Numbered from the stretch's first letter, positions 21,443-30,600 are shown. The stretch: DNA of 64,000 nucleotides from an uncultured Methanomicrobiales archaeon (GCA_963697895.1 OY969100.1:1248001-1312000), one strand, 5' to 3'. Notes: generated by a model not told the origin, from the letters alone. Numbers and translations are program-made.

Positions 21443-22725
21443 ACAGGCGAGCGCACGGAAGCTCGAGAGTATCAATATCATCAACGCCCTCCGCCGGGGG
21501 ACGGTCCCGGCGAGCGGGCTGGAACGCGTGGGGGTCGGCCTCGACGTGGAAGAAGGAGTGATCGCAAAGCAGGCTCGATTATGTCGCCCAGGCAGGAGGG
21601 GATATGAAGTTCATCCGGGGGGACTATGGATCGGGTAAGACGTTCCTCGTCGCCAGGGCGCTTGAGATTGCACGGGAAAAAGGATTCGTGACCGCTCACG
21701 TGGTGATCTCATCAGCGTCCCCTCTGTACCGGCTGAAAGGGATTTACCAGCAGATATGTTCCACCCTCCGGACCCGCGACGAGGAGCATGCACAGAAGGC
21801 GATCATCGACTCCTGGCTCTTCGGGATCGAGGAGCGTATCATCTCCATCGGGGGTGGTGCCGTTGAAGAGGAGGCGCTTGAGCACGCGACGGAAAAAGAG
21901 ATAGAGGCGGCACTGGCAGACATCAGCGAGATGAACACGTCTCTCGCAGCAGCGCTCCGCACCTATTACCGGGCGAATAATGCGGGCGATTTCCCGGCAG
22001 CCCAGTCCGCGATCGGCTGGATGATGGGTGAACCGAACATCGGCCGTGACTTCAAGCAGAAGGCAGGGATCCGCGGTGATATCGATGAGAGTGTGGCCCT
22101 GATATTTCTCCGGGGGCTGGTCAAGATCATGGTCAGCGCAGGCTACAGCGGTCTCACGGTGGCCGTGGACGAGCTCGAGACGACCCAGTCACTCCCCCGG
22201 AACCAGCGGGAGAAGGGGTATAACACGCTCCGCCAGATCATCGACTCCCTCGACCGCGGTGAAATGCCCCACTGTTTCTTCCTCTTTACCGGCACCCCGG
22301 CCTTCTTCGAGGGGCCTCGGGGGATCCGGACCCTTCCCTCGCTTTTCGACCGGATCAGCGTCGTGCAGACGGATGCATACCGGAACCCCCGCCAGCCGCA
22401 GATCATCCTCTCGCGGTTCAACGCTCAGAAGCTCGAACAGGTCGCCCTGAAGGTCTGCGATATCTATTCGGAGGCGTACACCGCAGTCGACCGGGAACGC
22501 ATCTCTCACCGGTTTATCCGGGCGATGATCCAGCGCCTGACCGGAAAATTCGGGGGGCGGGTCGATGTCATCCCCCGTATCTTCTTAAAAGAGTTCGTCG
22601 ATGTCCTGGATAAGTGCGAGCTCTATGAGGACTACGACCCGTGGGAGAATTACCAGTTCGATGCGGAGCACCTGAAGGGGGAGCTCCGGCAGGAGGAAGA
22701 GGCAGTCATGGTGGTCCGGTTCTGA
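21423..22725 (+). CDS. BrxD/DUF2791-family P-loop ATPase (one +1 indel near 21572)
   Basis: IINALRRGTVPASGL...VG N-terminus. After aagcaggctcgat it reads LDYVAQAGGDMKFIRGDYGSGKTF (Walker A), VAVDELE (Walker B), TGTP and NPRQPQI. Confidence 0.82.
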
Positions 22726-23020
22726 CCGGGGATGAACCAATGGATCTTTTGGCGTATTTCCCGGTCAGCTCCTGCAGCCGGGGAAACATTGGGATCAGCC
22801 CCGCAAGTCAGCTCTTCAGCCGACCAGGAATTGGTCAGCGATTCAATGATGTGCAAACACCCCATGACCCATTCCATTCATGAAGCCATGATGAAATCGG
22901 GGGTCGACTTTTCTGCCGCACATCCTGCCCATTCCAGCTGATGGATACCAGGAATGAACATGTCGCAGGCTCGTTCCTATTATGGCCGTGCCGATGAATC
23001 CATTCAAGGAAAAAAAGAGA

Positions 23021-23434
23021 TTAGAGAGAACACATGAACCGGGCTCCCACACAGCAGGACCCCGATGATCTGGCACCGGAGCCTGCATAGTAGGCACCGT
23101 ACGTTTGCGTTCCGCTTCCAAGTCCGGTTATCGCCGGGTTGACGGTGACGGAAGAAACCGGTTGAATGGCTATGGCTCCGGCCGGATAATCAATTATACC
23201 AGATCCCGGTGCAAGAGGAATATACGAGGGACTGAACGCCCCCGCCGGAACAGGGGATCCGGATGATACGGTTATCGGTCCACAATAACCGGGGCACTGC
23301 CCGGGAAACGCCTCCAATGAATACGGAGTCGGGTAAAAAAACTCTGCTGAAACTGCGGGGGCTACCAGCAGAAACATCGCTGCAATACATCCCGTCAGGG
23401 ACAGGATCTTAAGAATGCTGCATTTTTTCATCAT
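23021..23434 (-). CDS. Small secreted Gly/Ser/Pro-rich protein with Cys motifs
   Basis: Signal peptide MMKKCSILKILSLTGCIAAMFLLVAPAVSA, a GAGG RBS-like element and an AT-rich upstream region. Confidence 0.6.
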   Translation of the reverse strand: MMKKCSILKILSLTGCIAAMFLLVAPAVSAEFFYPTPYSLEAFPGQCPGYCGPITVSSGSPVPAGAFSPSYIPLAPGSGIIDYPAGAIAIQPVSSVTVNPAITGLGSGTQTYGAYYAGSGARSSGSCCVGARFMCSL

Positions 23435-23714
23435 AGGGTATCCTCGCCTTCATGACCGTCGCGATATCTCATTTAGTGTTTATCCGCGAAGATCAGGCCA
23501 CCTTTTTTGCGTTATTCATCTGAATATTTAGATAGAGAGTTCAATAATTTTCTTGTCGCGGCGGTGTTTTTTTATAACTACGCCGTTTTACTCTCATACC
23601 TTCCGGTTATCTTCACCAGAATGTTGGCATACAGGGGTGGAATTGTACGGCAGCCTATTCTATGAAAGGATAATATATATCCGATAAGAAGGATGATTAA
23701 AAAAAATCATATGA

Positions 23715-24968
23715 CTATTTTCTCTTTCTCCGGATCTGGACCGATTTTGCATGGGCATGGAGCCCTTCTGCGGTTGCGATCGTCTCTGCTACATCCCCTA
23801 TGACTTCCAGCCCGTACCGGTCGATGATCTGGACCGGCGACCGCTTCTGGAAGTGATGCACATCGAGACCGGAATGCACCTGTGCGGCACCCGCCGTGGG
23901 GAGCACATGATTGGTCCCCGATGCAACATCCCCGCATGCAACGGCGGAATACGGCCCGATGAAGATCGATCCGGCATTCTGCACCCGTGAGAGGAGGGGG
24001 AGAGGGTCTGCCACCTGCATGGAGAGGTGCTCGGGGGCGAGGAGATCGCTGACACCGACCGCCTCCGAAAGATCGCTGACAATGATGTATCCGCAGTTTG
24101 CAATCGCCTTCGTGATGATATCCCGGCGGAAAGACCCCTTCGCCATCGACTCGACACGACGCCCGACCTTGACCGCGAGGGCGGTATCGGTGGTCACCAG
24201 GACGCCGGCTGCCTCCGGGTCATGTTCCGCCTGGGCAATGATATCGGCGGCGATGAACTCAGGATCGGCCGTTTCATCGGCGATGACGACGATCTCGCTC
24301 GGACCTGCCGGAAAATCGATCTCCGCGTATTCCCGGAGGATCATCTTTGCAGCGGTCACATAGAGGTTTCCCGGCCCCACGATCTTCTGGACGAGAGGGA
24401 TCGTCTCTGTCCCGAGCGCCATCGCCGCGATCGCCTGTGCACCTCCGATCTGGTAGACCTCTTCGATACCGACGATATCCAGGGCGACGAGGGTGAGCGG
24501 GTGGACGGGGGGCGGAGTACAGCAGCAGATGGACGGGACACCGGCTACCTGCGCCGGAACGGTGCACATCAGTGCGGTGGAGGGGTACGCGGCACGGCCG
24601 CCGGGGATGTAGGCCCCGATCCGCGTCAGCGGCGTTGTCTTTGTTCCGAGGATGATTCCGGGTTCCGTCTCCTGTAGCCACAGGTCCCGGGGGAGCTGCA
24701 GCTCGTGATACCGCGAGATCCGAGCCTCGGCTTCGATGAGGGCCTCGACAACCCGGGTATCGACCTTTTCGTATGCTGCGGCCCGTTCTTCATCGCTCAC
24801 CCGGAGATTCTCCAGGTGCACGTGATCATACTCCTCGGTCAGCATGATCAGGGCGTCATCCCCTTCCTTTCTCACCTTTGAGATGATCTCCTCTACGGCT
24901 CTCTTCACAGACGAGAGCCGGGATCTCCGCTGACCGACCCATCCCTCCACCGTCACCGCTTTCCACAT
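23715..24968 (-). CDS. hisD: Histidinol dehydrogenase
   Basis: GAYIPGGRAAYPST, GGAQAIAA, GPGNLYV, AGPSE, QAEHD, APEHL and SGTNHVLPT motifs. Confidence 0.96.
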   Translation of the reverse strand: MWKAVTVEGWVGQRRSRLSSVKRAVEEIISKVRKEGDDALIMLTEEYDHVHLENLRVSDEERAAAYEKVDTRVVEALIEAEARISRYHELQLPRDLWLQETEPGIILGTKTTPLTRIGAYIPGGRAAYPSTALMCTVPAQVAGVPSICCCTPPPVHPLTLVALDIVGIEEVYQIGGAQAIAAMALGTETIPLVQKIVGPGNLYVTAAKMILREYAEIDFPAGPSEIVVIADETADPEFIAADIIAQAEHDPEAAGVLVTTDTALAVKVGRRVESMAKGSFRRDIITKAIANCGYIIVSDLSEAVGVSDLLAPEHLSMQVADPLPLLSRVQNAGSIFIGPYSAVACGDVASGTNHVLPTAGAAQVHSGLDVHHFQKRSPVQIIDRYGLEVIGDVAETIATAEGLHAHAKSVQIRRKRK

Positions 24969-25143
24969 GGAGAAACAGTCAGCAGGTAGCATGGTTAAGG
25001 TTTCGGGGCCCCTTATTTCCGTTTCTATCGTTTCGTTGGATGGAGCATCGTCCAGACCTCCAGGAAATGAAGAATAAGTCCTATCGGTATTTCATCAAGG
25101 AGCGGATGAAATTGTACTTAAATCAGCAGGTATTGCAGATGGT

Positions 25144-25179
25144 ATAGTATTTGATATATCAATTGATTAATTAATTGCA
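25144..25179. promoter_or_regulatory. Tandem palindromic operator-like boxes upstream of the TupA-WtpA gene
   Basis: 12-bp units ATAGTATTTGAT / ATATCAATTGAT / TAATTAATTGCA. TATATCAATTGAT is identical to 29526-29538. Confidence 0.55.
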
Positions 25180-25244
25180 TTAACTTTTGTTTAAATTAAA
25201 AGGAAATGTTCATTAAATATGTCACCCAGTTCAATACGAATACC

Positions 25245-27179
25245 ATGATGCCGAAAAAACACACTTATATTTTTTTTGCCCTGGCCGTCATCGCTCTGAT
25301 CGTGGCTGGAGCGGCTTTTGCCGGGTGCACAACGACCACGCCGCCGGTAACGCCGACCGCAACCCCGACCATTACGACCGGGAATGGCACGCCTGTCCCG
25401 ACCGCGACACCGACGGGACCGCCGCAGAAACTGATCCTCTCGACCACTACCAGCCTCTACGATACCGGGCTGCTCACCTATCTCAAACCGAAATTTGACG
25501 CGCAATACAATGCGGATCTCCTGATCACGTCTCAGGGTACCGGTCAGGCGATCGAGATGGCAAAACGCGGCGATGCAGATGTCCTCGCGGTCCATTCCCC
25601 GAGCCAGGAACAGGCCTTCCTCGAGGCGGGTTACGGGATGAACCATCGCTGCTTTGCCTATAACTATTTCATCATTGTCGGACCGGCGAATGACCCGGCC
25701 GGAATCACGGGACTCACCCCGGAGCAGGCCTTTGCAAAGATCCGGGATCTGGGGCTGAAGAACACTCCGGGGGTCTACTTCGTATCACGGGGAGATAACT
25801 CGGGTACGCACTCTGCAGAGAAGAATATCTGGGCAAAGGCAGGGTTCAACTATACCAGGGATATCGAGAAGTCCGGGAACTGGTATCTCGAGTCGGGATC
25901 CGGCATGGGGGCGACCCTTCTCCTCGCGAGCGAGAAACAGGCCTACACACTCTCGGACGAGGGAACTTTCCTCGCGTACAAGGGTAAACTGGAACTCGAT
26001 CCGATAATCACACAGGGCGCCAGCCTGCTTAATGTCTACAGTGCCATAACCCCGTACACGAACACATCGACACCGGATAAGATCGCCCTCGCGAACGATT
26101 TCGTCAACTTCATGATCTCTCCCCAGACCCAGGCAGATATCGCCAGTTTTGGTGTGGACCTCTACGGAAAGAACCTCTTTACCCCGATGAACGGATCCTG
26201 CGCTCAATTTAATTGTGACTGTACCGATCCCGCGGATGCCACCGTCCCGCTCCTCGTCTTCGAGGCAGGCAGCCTGGTCAACCCCTTCGCCAAACTTGCC
26301 TCTCTCTATACTGAAGCACACCCCACCGTCGATGTGGAGCTCTCATCCGGACCGAGCACAACCCAGATCGCGAAGGTGACGGTCGGAGGAGCTCCGGGTG
26401 ATATCGTCGCCAGTGCGGATGCCACCCTCATTCCCCAGATGATGTATCCGAATTATGCGAACTACTACATCACCTTTGCACAGAACCAGATGGTCCTCGC
26501 GTATACCAACAATAGCATGTATTCAAACGAGATCACCGATCAGAACTGGTACCAGGTTCTGAACCGGGACGGGGTCCGGTATGCGATCAGTAACCCGAAC
26601 ACCGATCCCGCCGGTTACCGGTCCCTGATGACCATCCAGCTCGCGGAACGGATATACGGTGACGGCATATTCAACAGCCTTATCGGTACCCACAGCGGTA
26701 TCACGAGGACATTTGCCGATGGAATTTACACCATAGACGCAACAAAGCCATCCCCGGACAACAAGACGTTCTTCATCGGCCAGTCCGGCCCGGACGTCGT
26801 ATCCATGCTGAAGAACGGGACCGTCGACTATGCCTTTGAATACAGCAGTGTCGCTATCCAGAACGGCCTCCCCTACATATCGCTCCCTGCGGATATCGAC
26901 CTCTCATCCTCGAATAACAGCGCGAAGTATGCCACGGTCAAGGTAAAACATGTGTCGGGTAATACGAACGCAACCGAGACGGGAATACCGATCATATACG
27001 GGATCACTGTCCCGACGGTCTCCCGGCAGCCCGATCTTGCCAAGGATTTCATCCGCCTGCTCCTCAGCCCACAGGGACAACAGATCCTGATCGCCGACGG
27101 GCAGACCCCGATCGTCCCCGCAGGGGGCTATGGCAATGTCCCTGCAGATCTGAGGCCTTTCGTAAAGATGAATTCTTAA
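25245..27179 (+). CDS. Tungstate/molybdate ABC substrate-binding lipoprotein, TupA domain fused to a WtpA/ModA domain
   Basis: Lipobox-like FAGC and a T/P linker. TupA motifs STTTSLYDTGLL, GTGQA, FVSRGDNSGTH and GMGATL. Second domain VFEAGSL, DIVASAD, FAQNQMVLAYT, NPNTDPAGYRS, DYAFEYSSVA and PIIYGITVP. Confidence 0.9.
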   Translation: MMPKKHTYIFFALAVIALIVAGAAFAGCTTTTPPVTPTATPTITTGNGTPVPTATPTGPPQKLILSTTTSLYDTGLLTYLKPKFDAQYNADLLITSQGTGQAIEMAKRGDADVLAVHSPSQEQAFLEAGYGMNHRCFAYNYFIIVGPANDPAGITGLTPEQAFAKIRDLGLKNTPGVYFVSRGDNSGTHSAEKNIWAKAGFNYTRDIEKSGNWYLESGSGMGATLLLASEKQAYTLSDEGTFLAYKGKLELDPIITQGASLLNVYSAITPYTNTSTPDKIALANDFVNFMISPQTQADIASFGVDLYGKNLFTPMNGSCAQFNCDCTDPADATVPLLVFEAGSLVNPFAKLASLYTEAHPTVDVELSSGPSTTQIAKVTVGGAPGDIVASADATLIPQMMYPNYANYYITFAQNQMVLAYTNNSMYSNEITDQNWYQVLNRDGVRYAISNPNTDPAGYRSLMTIQLAERIYGDGIFNSLIGTHSGITRTFADGIYTIDATKPSPDNKTFFIGQSGPDVVSMLKNGTVDYAFEYSSVAIQNGLPYISLPADIDLSSSNNSAKYATVKVKHVSGNTNATETGIPIIYGITVPTVSRQPDLAKDFIRLLLSPQGQQILIADGQTPIVPAGGYGNVPADLRPFVKMNS

Positions 27180-27181
27180 TC

Positions 27182-27189
27182 TTTTTTTT
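27182..27189 (+). terminator. Oligo-T archaeal terminator after the tupA-wtpA gene
   Basis: Run of 8 T starting 3 nt after the TAA stop. Confidence 0.5.
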
Positions 27190-27444
27190 AAACAAATGAT
27201 TCAACCGGAGATATCTCTTCCCGGTTTCGCACCCCGTTATAAAATATATATGATTAACTTTACTCAAAATAAATATATTTTTAACGATACAGAGAGACAG
27301 AGAAGGTGTCGCACAATAGGGGAGTCTGTGCGACAGCACCTATGCCATCAATTATACAGGCACAGCAAAGGGGTCATTGGCCATGCGATCACGGGATTAA
27401 CCCCCGGCAATGACCTTTCCCATTTCCCCTGTTTTCATACCGGT

Positions 27445-28575
27445 TTATGGAGCGTTCAGATCTTTTCTCCCATACCGGTTCTTTGCCCATGGCAGGAGGT
27501 ACGCGATAATCAACCCAACAATAAATGCGACCGTCATCGAGCTGACCAGGGCGAGTACGGCAATAACCCCGGTCACGATATACGAATCGGTCTTGATCCC
27601 ATGGCGTGCCATTTCCAGGGCGACAAATGCCAGGAGTGCCCCGTAGAATCCCCCTGCGATGAGACTTAAGAACGCCTGGCTGGCAAAGAAAAGGGCGAAG
27701 ATAATGAATATGAGCCCGGCATACACGTTCGCGCCACCGGTCCTCGCACCGAACCGGTATTGTCCCGCGAGCCCGCCTGCCCCGTGACACATGGGCATTC
27801 CGCCGAAGGGAACCGTGGTGAGGTTCATCAGGCCGATCGTCCGGGAGAGTCTTTTCGGCGGTACCTGGCGGGAGAACAGGTCTTTTGTGAGCAGCGAGGT
27901 CGCGAGTATCGCGTTCGTGATCGTGAGGAGGGCCTGGGGCAGGACCAGCTGGGAAAGCGCCGTCGCATAGTCCGATAAATCGGGGATGACCAGTTCTGGT
28001 GGGGGTATCAGGCTGATCGGGGGAAATCCCTGCATTGCGATACCGATGATGAGGGCGATACCGATCACAACGAGGGATGAGACATCCGGGACATTCCTGA
28101 ACCGTCCGAGGATAAGGAACAAAATGATGACACCCACTCCGATTGCAAAGTAGAGCACCCCTCCGATCAGGAAGGTTACAGCAGTCCGGAGCAGCAGCAG
28201 CGCGAGACCGAGCTGGATCCCCCGGATAACGCTCTGGGGAATCCACCGCTCGATCAGCTCCATCCAGCGCCCGAATCCCAGCGCGAGAAATACAATCCCG
28301 AGAATAAGACCGGCAGCCGCGATCGGGCCTGCGCCGAGGCCTTCGGCGATCGCCACGATCACGATCACTTTCATCGGCTCGAGGGGTATCGGCAATCCGT
28401 AGTAGATGCCGGTGATGATGAACCAGATACCGAAAAAAAGGAATATATACGGAAGATTGAGCCCTGCGGTCAATGCAACGGCAAAGACAAGGGGAAGGAT
28501 CGTTCCGAAGTCGCCGACACTCCCCGCCAGCTCGCGTATATCGAACCGTAATCTGTCTGATCCCCATATCTTCAC
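27445..28575 (-). CDS. MOT1-family molybdate transporter
   Basis: ELAGSVGDFGT..P, YYGLPIPLEPMK, IRGIQLGL and GGMPMCHGAGGLAGQYRFGARTG signature. Confidence 0.9.
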   Translation of the reverse strand: MKIWGSDRLRFDIRELAGSVGDFGTILPLVFAVALTAGLNLPYIFLFFGIWFIITGIYYGLPIPLEPMKVIVIVAIAEGLGAGPIAAAGLILGIVFLALGFGRWMELIERWIPQSVIRGIQLGLALLLLRTAVTFLIGGVLYFAIGVGVIILFLILGRFRNVPDVSSLVVIGIALIIGIAMQGFPPISLIPPPELVIPDLSDYATALSQLVLPQALLTITNAILATSLLTKDLFSRQVPPKRLSRTIGLMNLTTVPFGGMPMCHGAGGLAGQYRFGARTGGANVYAGLIFIIFALFFASQAFLSLIAGGFYGALLAFVALEMARHGIKTDSYIVTGVIAVLALVSSMTVAFIVGLIIAYLLPWAKNRYGRKDLNAP

Positions 28576-28653
28576 GGCATCACCAGGCTTTCTGTATGCT
28601 TCCTGATCCGGACCGGATCTTCCGGATGTCTAATCCCGGTTGAACGATCCCCC

Positions 28654-29465
28654 TCAACCGGCCCGGATGATCGTCCCCACCGGCCCTCCCTCCACTGCTT
28701 TCCGGATATTGCCGGGAACATGCCCGTTCACGATCTTGACCTCTTTCAGGTTCCGTGAAAAACGCAACAACTCGACAACTTTCGGTTCCAGGACCATGTC
28801 CTCCATGTCCATGGCGAGGAGCTCGTCCGCGCTGATATCCCGGATCAGTTCAGCATCCGGGTACCGGAGAGGGTCCTGTGTATACAGTCCGTCCACATTC
28901 TTCACAAGGATCAGGTTCTTTGCCCCAGTACCTCGGCGGCAAGGAATGCGCCGGTGTCGGTACGATGGGGCGGTATCATCCCGATCTCGGCGGGCTGCTC
29001 GTAGAGACCGTACGGAGGAGTTCCATGGATCACCGGGAGGACACCGAGCTCCAGCATCATCGGGAGTTCGAGGAGATCGCCCGTGTGCATCCTGACCCCG
29101 TGCCAGGGTGAGAGGAGCAGCGAGAGCATGATCGCATTCTGCTCGCTGATCTTTCCGGCGAGCTCTGCAAGGACACCGGTAGGCATCCCGAGATCGAGCC
29201 CGACGTCGAGGATGTGGCGGACACGGACCCCACCTCCGGTAACGACCAGGATCTGGTGTTCCCGAGAGAGCTCCCCGATCTCCCGGACCAGGGGGAGCAC
29301 CACCTCCTTTCCGTAATCGATCAGGCCATGCCCTCCGACCTTTACCACATTCAGTTCGGGAAGGAGGCGGAGCGTTGCACGCCCTTCGTAGGTGCGGAGC
29401 AGTCCTTTCCGGACGAGGGACTCCCCCTGCAGTTTATTCTGCACTTCAAACCGCTTTCGCTTCAT
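28654..29465 (-). CDS. Molybdenum storage protein (MoSto)-like amino-acid-kinase-fold protein (one -1 indel in a G run near 28924)
   Basis: RLLPELNVVKVGG, TGGGVRVRH...GLDLGMPTGVLA and IPPHRTDTGAFL, then the second frame GAKNLILVKNVDGLYT.DP...VNGHVPGNI...VGTII. Confidence 0.8.
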
Positions 29466-29514
29466 GGGTACACACGATATGTTTATTATGAGATAAGGTT
29501 AATATTCTGTGCGG

Positions 29515-29539
29515 TAATCAACTGGTATATCAATTGATA
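29515..29539. promoter_or_regulatory. Tandem palindromic operator-like boxes in the divergent promoter between the MoSto-like gene and the 68-aa gene
   Basis: TAATCAACTGGT followed by ATATCAATTGATA. Perfect palindrome TATCAATTGATA at 29528-29539. Confidence 0.6.
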
Positions 29540-29589
29540 AAGAAGGATCCAATTGGGTGCCCGTTGATACATGCTGAGGAGAGAGAACC

Positions 29590-29796
29590 ATGATGAAAAT
29601 TTATGTACGGGAAAGAATGAAGGTGCGGGAAGGAGTCCATCAACCGATGTTCCGCATCGTGGCAGTTACGGGCGGGCAGATCCAGATCGAACTCACCCAC
29701 TTCCGGAAGTTCGAGATCGAGCAGATCGCAAAGGATGTCGGGGCACAGGTCATATATTTTGAAGAAATCCCCGACGACGAGAAGAAAAAGCATTGA
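29590..29796 (+). CDS. Small hypothetical protein (68 aa) in the W/Mo cluster
   Basis: GAGGAG RBS, ATG start, host-like codons and a downstream oligo-T. Confidence 0.7.
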   Translation: MMKIYVRERMKVREGVHQPMFRIVAVTGGQIQIELTHFRKFEIEQIAKDVGAQVIYFEEIPDDEKKKH

Positions 29797-29944
29797 AATC
29801 CCTATCATTTCTTTTTTAATGCGATCAATGTGCTGAATGTATATTTCACGGGCCTTGATCTGAAACAGGTCAGGGGTCCTGATGAACCGGTCGATTATCC
29901 ACACGTTATTTAATGCAGGAAACCCATATCACCAACAAAGTACC

Positions 29945-30307
29945 ATGCCCGCGCTCTCGATTGAAACGATTTTCGATGCGGCAGTCCGGATCCAGCTGAT
30001 CGAAGAGGAGGCGCTTTCCCTGAACTTTTCCAAAGACATGCTTTCCATAAAATTTCCCACTACCCGAAGGCTCGCTGAATTTCTGAATGTCCCCCACTAT
30101 TATGTTCTTCCCTATTTTGCGATGATGGAACAGGATCAGCTTGTTACGAGGGCGGAACGGGTCGGCATTATGACAACTGCCCGGGGAACTCATACATTTC
30201 TCAGCCTGATGCAGGAACGGTATCGCGAAGAAGCCGTACGCATCCTCGGGCCGGTTGTTTTTGCGGAAATACTCCTTCGCGCTAAGGTTTCTCCTTCTGA
30301 TGCATGA
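29945..30307 (+). CDS. GntR-like winged-helix DNA-binding protein
   Basis: KFPTTRRLAEFLNVPHYYVLPYFAMMEQDQLVTRAERVGIMTT resembles the GntR pattern LPS.R.LA..L.V....V...Y..L...GLV....G. Confidence 0.7.
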   Translation: MPALSIETIFDAAVRIQLIEEEALSLNFSKDMLSIKFPTTRRLAEFLNVPHYYVLPYFAMMEQDQLVTRAERVGIMTTARGTHTFLSLMQERYREEAVRILGPVVFAEILLRAKVSPSDA

Positions 30308-30352
30308 CCGGTAGGACCAAAATATTTCCCGGCACAGGGTTCTCCGGTCTGA

Positions 30353-30387
30353 TAACCACCTGGTAATCAGTTGTTACACCAACAGGT
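30353..30387. promoter_or_regulatory. Degenerate tandem operator-like boxes upstream of tupBC
   Basis: ACCACCTGGT (30355), ATCAGTTGTT (30366) and ACCAACAGGT (30378), followed by TATA-like TTTTAAAA near 30400. Confidence 0.45.
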
Positions 30388-30600
30388 TAGCTAAATCCTT
30401 TTTAAAATGTCCCCAAAACAGCAAAATTCATTACCTTCTATCTGAAATGTTACGTGCCAGTCTGAAGTATTCCTGCCTGTGGCAATTCGATCGGGGCAGA
30501 GAAATACTTCATAATGCCGGTTATTCCGGAATCAGTAAGGACCACCGTCCCCCCTCCAGTCCTTGAGGAAATTAACGATCGGGAGTGTAGCGAGTAAACG

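Noticed and set aside
21423-22725. A complete BREX system
   Set aside because: No pglX, pglZ, brxC/pglY, pglW or helicase genes in the window.
22726-23020. Remnant of a helicase gene after the BrxD-like ATPase
   Set aside because: No helicase motifs recognised in the short ORFs here.
25330-25425. ACG/CCG/ACC-rich quasi-repeats
   Set aside because: They encode the ordinary Thr/Pro linker of an archaeal binding lipoprotein, not a DNA repeat array.
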